Shown here: in pieces, positions 55,706-64,000 of the stretch
Numbering within the stretch: the stretch's first letter is position 1
Layout of the letters: the number at the start of each line of letters is the position of its first letter
Source: Desulfonauticus sp.
GTDB taxonomy: Bacteria; Desulfobacterota; Desulfovibrionia; Desulfovibrionales; Desulfonatronovibrionaceae
Assembly (NCBI GenBank): GCA_030950395.1
Contig: JAUZRP010000012.1
Span: 1,048-65,047 of the forward strand
Direction of reading: 5' to 3'
Length of the DNA: 64,000 bases
Program-made: the position numbers and the translations under genes
The notes under the pieces: generated by a model
Told to the model about the DNA's origin: nothing
Databases searched by the model: none
Seen by the model: only the letters and a program-made list of their open reading frames with translations

Positions 55706-55828
55706 TGGTAATTTATAATTAGTGATTTGTTTTTGTGTTTGGGTTATCATAGGGGCAAGCCCCATGTGTCTGCCCAGAGATGGCTATGGAATACTATAGG
55801 ACATTTTAACAACTTATAGAGGAAAATT

Positions 55829-57844
55829 ATGCTTAACATTTATGCAGTAGTAGGAGAAAGGGCTCTTCCCGTTATTTTACCTATTATTAATTTACTTGAT
55901 GGAGAAAACCAACCTTCTCAGGTTGCGCTTATTCACACTGATAAAACCAAAAAAATAGCTGACCTTGCTCAAAATTACCTGAAAAATAAGTACACTAACG
56001 ACTTTCTTTGCACCCAGATCACAACCAATGAATTTTTAGAACAACTAAAAAACAACCAATTAAATTTACAAAACAGTTATTTTAACCTCACCCCCGGACT
56101 AAATTGGTTTATCTCCAAAGTGACTCTCCACTTATCTGGAGCAGAAACCATACTATACGCTGACAACCAGTATCTTTATTTTTTTTCAGCCAAAGACTTT
56201 AGCCAGAAGAACAAATTAGATCTTATAAACATTGGTCTTGACGATTATCTTATTTTAAACCCAGCAATAAAAATCAAACCTACAAAGTCAAAAAAAAGAA
56301 CCATTAATCTTGGGGAGTCTTATAACATACTAGACGTAGTAGATAAAAACAACAAAAGCATTTTAGACGAACGCAAAAGAATCTTGAATTGTATTAATCT
56401 AACTTTTATTACTTTAAAAGAACATAGAGGTTTTCTATATCTATATTTTGATCTTAGAAAAAGATCTATTTCTGATGATTTGTTAAAACAACTTAATGTA
56501 AAAAACAACAACAAACAATATGCTATTTTAAAACTATACAGGATATTATTGGGAGTATTTGAGCCTTTAAATTATAGATTGATCGTATTGTCAGATTGGA
56601 AGAAGTTGATAGATAGAGGAAAATACGATGACGTTTATGTAGTGGAAAAAGAAATTGACTTTAAAAAACTTTACCAAAAACCACCTCTTCCCCACAAACA
56701 CAAGATTAAAGAAGATAAGTCTCAATTGTCTCCTCCATTAAGATTAAAACAAGGCAAAGTCAAAAAAGGATTGTTCGTTTGTCTTGGCGTCAACTTAGAA
56801 CCAACACTAAAAGCAATAAAGTCTCACGCGGCAGACAAAGTAGTAGTATTTCACGATACCAGTCCTAAAATTTTAAACTATACCAAAAAATTACTTGCTA
56901 TAGAACGAAAATATAATTGTAAATTTGAAACAATAGAAACTAATCATAGAGGCAACAATGTGGTGCCTATACTTGTTAAAAAAGTAAAAAATGAAAATAT
57001 CCAATGGTCTATAAACATTACGCCAGGAACAAAAGCTCAAAGTATAGCCCTTAGTGTGGGGGCAAAGTGCGCTGGTATCAAAAAAAATATCTATAGCCTA
57101 AAAGCCAGAAATCTGGAAAATATTTTAACCCAGAAACAGGGAAACGAAATTCCAATCATTAAGCCAGAAGAATTGTTATACTTTTATCTTGATGGAGAAC
57201 ATAGAGACAAAGTACAAAATATAAACTCTGACTTAGAAAAGTTATCTCCTCTATGGGGACAAATATTAACAGGACTGGCAGAGAATAGGGTTCAATATAA
57301 AAGTAACGGTTTTATAGGACTAATTCAAAATAATCCCAATCTTAACGTAAGAATAGACCTAGAAAATCAAAAAATTTACTATCAAGACGTAGATCAAAAC
57401 GTATCTAATGACTTTTTTGATTATCTCTGTAATAAAGAAAATCCAGAATACGATGGCAGGTGGTGGGAACTATTGACCTATTGGGCAGTGTTGCAGGCTA
57501 ACCTGGCCCCACCAGAACAGGTGCGCCTTAACCTAGAAATAGGAAAAGAAAAAAATCCTTTTACAGAATTTGACGTAGTGCTACCCTTTGAAACAAATGT
57601 GATAATTATTTCCTGCAAAGTGGGAAAACAATACTTGATGTTTGAAGATTTTGCCTTGAGAAGTGAAACCAGAAGCAGGTTTGGCAGAATGGCTCTTTGC
57701 TTTTTAGCTACTAACGTATTAGACGTAAAAGACGACCAATTTATTCCAGAAGTTGGTCTCTTAACTCCAAAACAACTTAGCAATCCAGAAATACTGGCTC
57801 AAACTATAAAAAAACATAGAGACAGGTTAAAAACCACCACATAA
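55829..57844 (+). CDS. Can1-like ancillary protein: two CARF-like domains plus a C-terminal PD-(D/E)xK (DUF1887/Card1-type) nuclease domain
   Basis: CARF-like 1: IYAVVGERALPVILPI...FNLTPGLNWFISKV. CARF 2: LFVCLGVNLEPT...INITPGTKAQSIAL. Nuclease: GRWWELLTYW...EFDVVLPFETNVIIISCKVGK. Confidence 0.65.
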   Translation: MLNIYAVVGERALPVILPIINLLDGENQPSQVALIHTDKTKKIADLAQNYLKNKYTNDFLCTQITTNEFLEQLKNNQLNLQNSYFNLTPGLNWFISKVTLHLSGAETILYADNQYLYFFSAKDFSQKNKLDLINIGLDDYLILNPAIKIKPTKSKKRTINLGESYNILDVVDKNNKSILDERKRILNCINLTFITLKEHRGFLYLYFDLRKRSISDDLLKQLNVKNNNKQYAILKLYRILLGVFEPLNYRLIVLSDWKKLIDRGKYDDVYVVEKEIDFKKLYQKPPLPHKHKIKEDKSQLSPPLRLKQGKVKKGLFVCLGVNLEPTLKAIKSHAADKVVVFHDTSPKILNYTKKLLAIERKYNCKFETIETNHRGNNVVPILVKKVKNENIQWSINITPGTKAQSIALSVGAKCAGIKKNIYSLKARNLENILTQKQGNEIPIIKPEELLYFYLDGEHRDKVQNINSDLEKLSPLWGQILTGLAENRVQYKSNGFIGLIQNNPNLNVRIDLENQKIYYQDVDQNVSNDFFDYLCNKENPEYDGRWWELLTYWAVLQANLAPPEQVRLNLEIGKEKNPFTEFDVVLPFETNVIIISCKVGKQYLMFEDFALRSETRSRFGRMALCFLATNVLDVKDDQFIPEVGLLTPKQLSNPEILAQTIKKHRDRLKTTT

Positions 57845-57846
57845 AA

Positions 57847-57882
57847 AGACAAGGAGCAGACGTGCAAGTCTGCTCCTTGTCT
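57847..57882. terminator. bidirectional intrinsic terminator closing the CRISPR island
   Basis: Perfect 15-bp stem AGACAAGGAGCAGAC / GTCTGCTCCTTGTCT with loop GTGCAA. It abuts the stop codon of the convergent flavodoxin-like gene. Confidence 0.75.
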
Positions 57883-58368
57883 TTAGAACAATTTCTTTAC
57901 TAACTCAGCAACCCTTTTACCAAGTAATCTGGCATAATTAGCTGTCTTTTCATCAGGACTGCCCACACAAGCCACTCCATAATGTCCTGTAGCTTGCATC
58001 GGATCTCCAACTATTATCATGCCATAAATCAACATTGCCTGCAAAATGGAAAAAATTGTTGTTTCTTTACCCCCATTTTCGCTGCCAGCAGTAGCAAAAG
58101 CAGCTCCTATTTTATTTTCCATCTTTTTTCTTACAGACACAAAATCATCAAAGACTTTTTTAAGCTCTGCAGCCATTACTCCAAAATAAACAGGAGAACC
58201 AGCAATAATACCCTGGGAATTTAAAAAATCATCTTTGGTAACCTCCTGGGTATTTTTTACGACCACGTTTACTTCTGGAACAGAGCTTACACCTTCTGCA
58301 ACGTACTCAGCCATTTTTTTGGTATTACCACCTTTAGAATAATACAATACTAACACCTGCATCAACAC
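57883..58368 (-). CDS. flavodoxin-like fold protein (WrbA/NAD(P)H:quinone oxidoreductase-type)
   Basis: VLVLYYSKGGNTKKMAEYVAEG FMN-binding loop; 161 aa. Confidence 0.7.
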   Translation of the reverse strand: MLMQVLVLYYSKGGNTKKMAEYVAEGVSSVPEVNVVVKNTQEVTKDDFLNSQGIIAGSPVYFGVMAAELKKVFDDFVSVRKKMENKIGAAFATAGSENGGKETTIFSILQAMLIYGMIIVGDPMQATGHYGVACVGSPDEKTANYARLLGKRVAELVKKLF

Positions 58369-58378
58369 CCTCCAACGA

Positions 58379-58714
58379 TTAAGCTAATTTTAAACCATTT
58401 TTTACAGGTTTATCAGGCACTGCCAACACCACAGAACCATCTTCCTGAAAAAAACCCGTAATTAAACACTCTGACCTAAAAGGACCTATTTGTTTGGGTG
58501 GAAAATTAATCACCCCTATCACCTGCTTACCAATCAAATCTTCTGGCTTGTACAAATCCGTAATTTGAGCACTGGACTTTTTCACTCCAAATTCGCCAAA
58601 ATCAACTTTTAGTTTATAGGCAGGCTTTCTTGCTTCTGGAAATTCACTCACCTCTACGATCGTCCCCACCCTAATTTCAATTTTTTCAAAATCTTGCCAA
58701 GTTATGGTATCCAT
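58379..58714 (-). CDS. csaA: tRNA-binding (EMAP/CsaA-type) domain protein
   Basis: KIEIRVGTIVEV...KLKVDFGE...SAQIT...NFPPKQIGPFRSECL; 111 aa. Confidence 0.75.
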   Translation of the reverse strand: MDTITWQDFEKIEIRVGTIVEVSEFPEARKPAYKLKVDFGEFGVKKSSAQITDLYKPEDLIGKQVIGVINFPPKQIGPFRSECLITGFFQEDGSVVLAVPDKPVKNGLKLA

Positions 58715-58954
58715 AATACCCCCTTTTGATTTTTGACCCCAAATTTTCTAGCAACATTTTTACAAACTTACAAGTAAATAAGGCTTAAAAACCAGGACCA
58801 ACAAAATTATCAAATTTTATACTAGCACTAACCAACCACTATAATCGACTAATACACCTGAACAACATCCTAAAAAAACATTGACTTTAATCATTTTTAT
58901 TATTAGTAACTATTACTAATTAATTTTAAACAAAAAAAAACTAGGAGGTTAAAC

Positions 58955-59128
58955 GTGGAAGAAAAAGTTTTAGAATTTTTAAAAACCAAGCAAAAACCTT
59001 TCAAATCAGCAGAGATAGCCAAAGAACTAGGATTGCAAACTCAAGAAGTAACCAAAATAATAAAAAAATTAAAAGAAAAAAAACTAGTATATTCTCCCAA
59101 AAGATGCTATTATGCTGTTCAAAATTAG
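58955..59128 (+). CDS. small (57 aa) winged-helix-like DNA-binding protein candidate, not in the ORF track
   Basis: GTG 58955 with an AGGAGG RBS. Translation is VEEKVLEFLKTKQKPFKSAEIAKELGLQTQEVTKIIKKLKEKKLVYSPKRCYYAVQN*. The pattern resembles a minimal wHTH. Confidence 0.45.
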   Translation: MEEKVLEFLKTKQKPFKSAEIAKELGLQTQEVTKIIKKLKEKKLVYSPKRCYYAVQN

Positions 59129-59188
59129 GAAATTGTTTTTATTATTCAGCAATAACAACACAACTTTTGACCCTATCAGGAGGACAAC

Positions 59189-59569
59189 ATGACTAAAAGA
59201 TTAGAAATCTACAAATGCGAAATCTGTGGCAACATTGTAGAAATGGTGCACGAAGGCAAAGGGCAGCTTGTTTGTTGTGGCCAACCAATGAAACTTTATG
59301 AAGAAAATACAGTAGATGCTGCCTATGAAAAACACATTCCCGTTATAGAAAAAACAAGTTCTGGCTATAAAATCGTCGTAGGAAGTGTTTCTCATCCTAT
59401 GGAAGAAGCTCATTATATTGAATGGATAGAGATTATTGCTGGCGAAAAAACATACAGAAAATTCTTAAATCCAGGAGAAGATCCTATAGCTGAATTTTGC
59501 GTTGATGCAGATAAAATTACAGCTAGAGCCTACTGTAATTTACACGGCTTATGGAAAGCTGACAAGTAA
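59189..59569 (+). CDS. dfx: desulfoferrodoxin (2Fe superoxide reductase)
   Basis: Desulforedoxin-like N-domain [16 protein letters not shown]...LVCCGQPM and a neelaredoxin-like C-domain ([13 protein letters not shown]...YCNLHGLW). Confidence 0.9.
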   Translation: MTKRLEIYKCEICGNIVEMVHEGKGQLVCCGQPMKLYEENTVDAAYEKHIPVIEKTSSGYKIVVGSVSHPMEEAHYIEWIEIIAGEKTYRKFLNPGEDPIAEFCVDADKITARAYCNLHGLWKADK

Positions 59570-59584
59570 AAAGGAGACAAACAA

Positions 59585-59767
59585 ATGAGTTCAACTAGTA
59601 GCGGTTTATGGCAATGTCAGGTTGCCAACTGTGGATATATTTATAACCCTGAAAAAGGGGATAAAAAAGGGAAAATACCTAAAGGCACTAGGTTTGAAGA
59701 TTTGCCAGAAGATTGGCGATGTCCTATATGTGGAGCATCTAAAAAAAGTTTTAAACCTCTGGATTAA
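59585..59767 (+). CDS. rubredoxin with C-x4-C first motif (type-2 rubredoxin-like)
   Basis: [18 protein letters not shown]...[17 protein letters not shown]. Confidence 0.85.
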   Translation: MSSTSSGLWQCQVANCGYIYNPEKGDKKGKIPKGTRFEDLPEDWRCPICGASKKSFKPLD

Positions 59768-59892
59768 TAAGCTACCTTACAATTTTGCAGGAGACGACCT
59801 AATTAAGAATAATTTTTTACGGTGGGGGGAATCCATGGGTAGTAAAGAAGGGTGCCTTTTTATCTTTTAACTAACCAAAAAAAGGAGTTGTT

Positions 59893-60051
59893 ATGGAGCG
59901 TTGGGTATGTACCATTTGTGGCTATGTTTACGACCCCAAAAAAGGGGATTCAGACAATGGTGTTGCGCCAAACACCAAATTTGAAGATGTGCCTGAGGAC
60001 TGGGTCTGCCCAGTCTGTGGAGCACCTAAAGAACAATTTAGTAAAGAATAA
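59893..60051 (+). CDS. rub: rubredoxin (canonical CxxCG ... CPxCG), 52 aa, not in the ORF track
   Basis: [52 protein letters not shown], with RBS AAAGGAG at 59881-59887. Confidence 0.85.
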   Translation: MERWVCTICGYVYDPKKGDSDNGVAPNTKFEDVPEDWVCPVCGAPKEQFSKE

Positions 60052-60140
60052 CCTCAAAAACAGCACTACAAGGACGTCCTTGCCTTTTTGGCAGGGACGT
60101 CCAATTTGTTATAATGTTCAAACAAAGGAGGAATTTCTCT

Positions 60141-61340
60141 ATGCCAGTAGTAGAGATCAAAAAAAACATTTACTGGGTAGGAGTAGTAGATTGGAATTTA
60201 CATAACTTTCACGGTTATTCTTTAGCTCCTAAGGGCACTACCTATAATGCCTTTTTAGTTTTAGATGACAAAATAACCTTATTTGATACCGTTCCAGAAA
60301 AGTTCAAATTAGATCTGTATCATCAAATTCAACAATTAATCAAAATTACAGACATTAATTACATTGTGGTCAATCACGTGGAGCCAGATCATTCTGGAGC
60401 CTTACCTTTTATTATTGAAAAGTCCCAACCAGAAAAAGTGTTTTGCTCCACTATGGGCCAAAAAGCTCTTTTATCTCATTATCATCAAGAAAATTGGCCA
60501 TTAGAGGTGGTGACCAATAACGATAAATTAAGTCTTGGTAAAAAAACCGTGCTTTTTATGGAAACCAGGATGCTTCACTGGCCAGATAGCATGTTTTCTT
60601 TTATCCCTGAAGACAAACTTTTGATCTCCAATGACGCTTTTGGCCAAAACATTGCCTCTAGTTTTCGTTTTGACGACGAAGTCAATTTAGACGAATTGCT
60701 TTTTGAGGCCAAACATTACTATGCCAACATTATCTTGCCTTATTCTGCCCTAGTGCAAAAGACTCTGGCTGAGGTAGCCAAACAAGGCTGGGACATAGAC
60801 ATGATTGCGCCTGACCATGGTTTTATCTGGCGTTCTCATGTAAAAGAAATTTTGGCTGCTTATCAGGAATTTAGCCTGCAAAAATTAAAACCCAAGGCAG
60901 TAATTGTCTATGACAGCATGTGGCAAAGCACAGAAAAAATGGCCAAAGCCATTGCTGAGGGCCTCCAAAAAGAAAACGTGTCGGTGAGATTAATGTCCCT
61001 AAAAACCTATCACCACAGTGATGTCATGGGAGAAGTAATGGATGCAGCAGCTGTTATCTGTGGATCTCCTACTCACAATAATGGCATACTTCCCCTTATG
61101 GCGGACTTTCTCACTTATATGAAAGGCTTAAAACCCACAAACCGTATTGGAGCTGCTTTTGGTTCTTTTGGCTGGAGTGGAGAAGCGCCCAAAATAATTG
61201 CCAGTATCTTAGAGCAAGCCAAATTTGAATTGCCTGTAGAGCCTATCAAAGTAAAACACGTGCCAACTCACGAAGATTTAAAAAAGTGTAAAGAAATGGG
61301 AGAAACTTTGGCCAAAGCCATTAAACAAAAGGTAAATTAA
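60141..61340 (+). CDS. roo: flavodiiron protein (rubredoxin:oxygen oxidoreductase Roo / FprA)
   Basis: Metallo-beta-lactamase-like diiron motif VNHVEPDHSG and a C-terminal flavodoxin domain (AVIVYDSMWQSTEKMA). ATG 60141 has a GGAGG RBS. Confidence 0.9.
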   Translation: MPVVEIKKNIYWVGVVDWNLHNFHGYSLAPKGTTYNAFLVLDDKITLFDTVPEKFKLDLYHQIQQLIKITDINYIVVNHVEPDHSGALPFIIEKSQPEKVFCSTMGQKALLSHYHQENWPLEVVTNNDKLSLGKKTVLFMETRMLHWPDSMFSFIPEDKLLISNDAFGQNIASSFRFDDEVNLDELLFEAKHYYANIILPYSALVQKTLAEVAKQGWDIDMIAPDHGFIWRSHVKEILAAYQEFSLQKLKPKAVIVYDSMWQSTEKMAKAIAEGLQKENVSVRLMSLKTYHHSDVMGEVMDAAAVICGSPTHNNGILPLMADFLTYMKGLKPTNRIGAAFGSFGWSGEAPKIIASILEQAKFELPVEPIKVKHVPTHEDLKKCKEMGETLAKAIKQKVN

Positions 61341-61345
61341 CTCCA

Positions 61346-62083
61346 ATGACCAAACAAATTCCTGTTAGAAAATTAAAGCAAATGGTTTTATCTTTATTGG
61401 AAGATAAAAATGCCCCTGCAAAGCTATCCCAGCTCTTAGAATATCCTTTAAATAAAGTGGTCAATCCCCTTTTTACAGCTCTGCTCTCACCCAATCCCAT
61501 TGTCAAATGGCATGGAGTAACGGCTTTTGGAGTTGTAGTTGGGGAGATGGCCAATCAAAACCTAGAAAGTGCACGAATTATCATGCGCAGATTTATGTGG
61601 ATGTTAAATGATGAATCAGGGGGCATTGGTTGGGGAGTACCAGAAGCTATGGGAGAAATTATGGCCGTTTGCCCTAAATTAGCTGCAGAGTACCACACCA
61701 TACTCATTTCTTATCTTCAAGAACACGAGAAAGGAAAAGATAATTTTTTAGAATATGCTCCCTTAAGAAGAGGCGCCTTTTGGGGAGTAGCCAGACTTGC
61801 CCAAACACATCCTAGTCTAGCCCAAAAAGCCTTGCCCAAAATTAAAAAAGCCTTTTTCATAGAAAAAGATGCTTATATCTTAGCTTATAGTCTGCTCTAC
61901 TTAATGCAACTGGGCTCAAACTCTAAAAAGATAAATCTTGCCAGCCTAGACCTCAGTAAATGTTGTAAAAATGCCCAAAATCTTATCATCTATTGGCGAG
62001 AAAAATTTATAAACACCTGTTTAAAGCAACTCGCGTCTCAACTATTGCAACTACAATCAAACTTAACTCAACAAGGAGGTTAA
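61346..62083 (+). CDS. hypothetical helical-repeat (HEAT-like) protein
   Basis: ORF tightly packed between roo and cydA. The sequence looks helical and repetitive. No firm family call. Confidence 0.45.
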   Translation: MTKQIPVRKLKQMVLSLLEDKNAPAKLSQLLEYPLNKVVNPLFTALLSPNPIVKWHGVTAFGVVVGEMANQNLESARIIMRRFMWMLNDESGGIGWGVPEAMGEIMAVCPKLAAEYHTILISYLQEHEKGKDNFLEYAPLRRGAFWGVARLAQTHPSLAQKALPKIKKAFFIEKDAYILAYSLLYLMQLGSNSKKINLASLDLSKCCKNAQNLIIYWREKFINTCLKQLASQLLQLQSNLTQQGG

Positions 62084-63402
62084 TGATGGACGCTGTTTTG
62101 TTATCCAGGCTCCAATTTGCCATGACGACCATGTTTCATTTCATTTTTGTACCCCTGACTCTAGGTCTATCCATTCTTGTAGCGATTATGGAAACCATTT
62201 ACGTAACAACAGGGGATGAAACGTATAAGAGAATGGCAAAGTTCTGGGGCAAATTATTTTTGATTAACTTTGCCATAGGTGTAGTTACTGGCATAACTCT
62301 AGAATTTCAGTTTGGCACTAACTGGTCCAAATACGCTGAATACATGGGAGATATTTTCGGACCGCTTTTAGCCATAGAAGCTTCTGCAGCCTTTTTTCTG
62401 GAGTCAACTTTTATTGCCGTGTGGGTCTTTGGTTGGGATAGGATTTCTCCCAAACTGCATGCTTTAAGTATCTGGCTAGTGGCCATTGCCTCCAGTATCT
62501 CTGCCATCTGGATCTTGCTGGCCAATAGTTTTATGCAACATCCTGTAGGTTATATAATCCGCAACGGCCGGGCAGAATTAAAAGACTTCATAGCAGTAAT
62601 AAGCAATAGTTTTGGTTGGTTGGAAATAATTCATACCCTTAGTGCTGCTTATGTGCTTTCTGGATTTTTTGTGTTGGGCATCTCCGCCTATCATTTATTA
62701 AGAAACAACGAAATAGATTTTTTTAAAAAATCTTTTAAACTGGCAGCCACTTTCAGTTTTATTGCTGCTTTGGTTTTAATTGGAGAAGGTCATTATCACG
62801 GCTCTGAAGTAGCCAAAACCCAACCAGCCAAATTGGCTGCTATGGAATCACACTGGGAAACAGCCAAAAACGTACCTATGTACCTTTTGGTCGTGCCAGA
62901 TGAAAAAAACGAAAAAAACGCAATTCAAGCTTTACCCATCCCTGGACTTTTGAGCTTTTTGGCTCATCATTCCTTTTCTGCGGAAGTTAAGGGATTAAAA
63001 GACTTTCCCAAAGATGAAAGACCTCCTGTAACCCTTACCTTTCTCTCTTTTAGAATAATGGTTGGTTTAGGATTTCTACTTCTGCTCATTGCCTTCTGGG
63101 CTTGGAAAGTCAGACATAATCCTTTAGAACACCCAAAACTTCTAAAAATCCTACTCTATAGCATACCTCTTCCCTACATTGCCATTGAAACTGGATGGAT
63201 AGTGGCAGAAGTGGGCAGACAACCCTGGATAGTATATGGACTGATGAAAACATCCAATGCGGCCTCACCAGGTGTTGACCATGGACAAATCTGGTTATCC
63301 TTTCTGTTATTAACTGTCTTATATACGATTTTGGGCAGTATAGGAATTTATCTTTTTGCTAAATATGGAAAAAAAGGCCCACAACCATTAAAAACAAGCT
63401 AA
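62083..63402 (+). CDS. cydA: cytochrome bd oxidase subunit I
   Basis: MMDAVLLSRLQFAMTTMFHFIFVPLTLG plus the Q-loop and the C-terminal GWIVAEVGRQPWIVYGLM. RBS AAGGAGG at 62073-62079. The track start at 61993 lies inside the previous gene. Confidence 0.9.
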   Translation: MMDAVLLSRLQFAMTTMFHFIFVPLTLGLSILVAIMETIYVTTGDETYKRMAKFWGKLFLINFAIGVVTGITLEFQFGTNWSKYAEYMGDIFGPLLAIEASAAFFLESTFIAVWVFGWDRISPKLHALSIWLVAIASSISAIWILLANSFMQHPVGYIIRNGRAELKDFIAVISNSFGWLEIIHTLSAAYVLSGFFVLGISAYHLLRNNEIDFFKKSFKLAATFSFIAALVLIGEGHYHGSEVAKTQPAKLAAMESHWETAKNVPMYLLVVPDEKNEKNAIQALPIPGLLSFLAHHSFSAEVKGLKDFPKDERPPVTLTFLSFRIMVGLGFLLLLIAFWAWKVRHNPLEHPKLLKILLYSIPLPYIAIETGWIVAEVGRQPWIVYGLMKTSNAASPGVDHGQIWLSFLLLTVLYTILGSIGIYLFAKYGKKGPQPLKTS

Positions 63403-63414
63403 GGGAGGAATACA

Positions 63415-64000
63415 ATGTTAGAAACTATCTGGTTTTTACTCTGGGGAATACTCTGGGCTATATATTTTGTCCTAGATGGTTTTGATCTGGGGTTAGGTAC
63501 TATTATGCCTTGTTTGGCCAAAAATGACACAGAAAGAAGGATTATCTATAATGCTATGGGACCTTTTTGGGACGGCAATGAAGTCTGGCTCATCACTGCT
63601 GGAGGAGTCACCTTTGCAGCCTTTCCTAAAGCCTATGCAGTAATGTTTTCTGGTCTATATACTGCGCTTATGTTACTCTTGATAGCTCTTATTATCAGAG
63701 GTGTCAGTTTTGAATTTCGCAATAAGGTCGATAGCCCAGGATGGCGAAAAATCTGGGATACTTGTTTGGTCATAGGCAGTTTTTTGCCCGCATTGCTTTT
63801 AGGAGTAGCTTTTGCCAATATTTTCAAAGGACTTCCTATAGATAAACAAGGAATTGTTCAGGGTAATTTATTTTCTTTATTAAATCCTTATGGCTTAGTT
63901 GGCGGGATTTTATTTGTCCTGCTTTTTGTAGAGCATGGAGCTTTGTGGCTTGCTTATAGATCCACAGGAGATCTCCAAATCAGAAGTGGTAATATGGCAG
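63415..64000 (+). CDS. cydB: cytochrome bd oxidase subunit II (5' part; runs off the window)
   Basis: MLETIWFLLWGILWAIYFVLDGFDLGLG, with RBS GGGAGG upstream. The frame is open to the window end. Confidence 0.85.
   Translation, partial: MLETIWFLLWGILWAIYFVLDGFDLGLGTIMPCLAKNDTERRIIYNAMGPFWDGNEVWLITAGGVTFAAFPKAYAVMFSGLYTALMLLLIALIIRGVSFEFRNKVDSPGWRKIWDTCLVIGSFLPALLLGVAFANIFKGLPIDKQGIVQGNLFSLLNPYGLVGGILFVLLFVEHGALWLAYRSTGDLQIRSGNMA

Noticed and set aside
55706-55828. A second sigma54 promoter or terminator between the array and the Can1-like gene (TGGCTATGGAATACT; small hairpin GGGGCAAGCCCC).
   Set aside because: The TGGC element has no TTGC at the right spacing. The hairpin has only a 5-bp stem and no T-run, so it is not convincing either way.
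59622-60205. ORF-track entries 59622-59870 and 59852-60205.
   Set aside because: These are out-of-frame shadows. The same DNA encodes two clear rubredoxins (59585-59767 and 59893-60051) and the 5' end of roo, each with proper RBSs.
61993-62082. A 30-codon N-terminal extension of cydA.
   Set aside because: It lies entirely inside the preceding gene. The conserved CydA N-terminus starts at MMDAVLL, with an AAGGAGG RBS just upstream.

Overview
AT-rich bacterial chromosome segment. Its gene content fits a flagellated, dissimilatory sulfate reducer of the Desulfobacterota type; this is inferred from sat-aprBA-qmoABC, dfx-rub-roo and cydAB, and no taxon is proven.

- **About 1-40.4 kb (ordinary core):** queF, a LolA-like protein, a pseudouridine synthase, a J-protein, a YkgJ-type Cys-cluster protein, an Mqn radical-SAM enzyme, an M24 peptidase, ppaC, flaG, flgE-flgD-fliK, an EndoQ-like PHP domain fused to a UvrD helicase, a mogA-like gene, livFGMH plus livK, qmoCBA-aprAB-sat on the minus strand, a very AT-rich sensor GGDEF gene, an IMPase, tRNA-Pro(UGG), yfcE-like, pyrC, pyrB and rimO.
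- **About 40.4-57.9 kb (accessory island, all on the + strand):**
  - It opens with a sigma54-type -24/-12 promoter and three AT-rich ORFans.
  - Next come a compact DHH/DHHA1-like phosphoesterase and an RtcR-like CARF-sigma54 enhancer-binding protein, which is translationally coupled to an HD-less minimal cas10 with an intact GGDD motif.
  - These are followed by partly fused RAMP effector subunits, an unrecognised 147-aa ORF, an RT-less Cas6-Cas1 fusion and cas2.
  - A 22-repeat CRISPR array follows, then a Can1-like double-CARF PD-(D/E)xK protein.
- **Right flank:** a flavodoxin-like gene, csaA, and an oxygen-defence cluster (small wHTH ORF, dfx, two rubredoxins, roo/fprA, a HEAT-like protein, cydAB).

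The main candidate for something new is the type III (III-D-like) signalling locus. It appears wired to a sigma54 activator and to uncharacterised cargo genes. All family calls rest on motif recognition by eye; no database search was possible.
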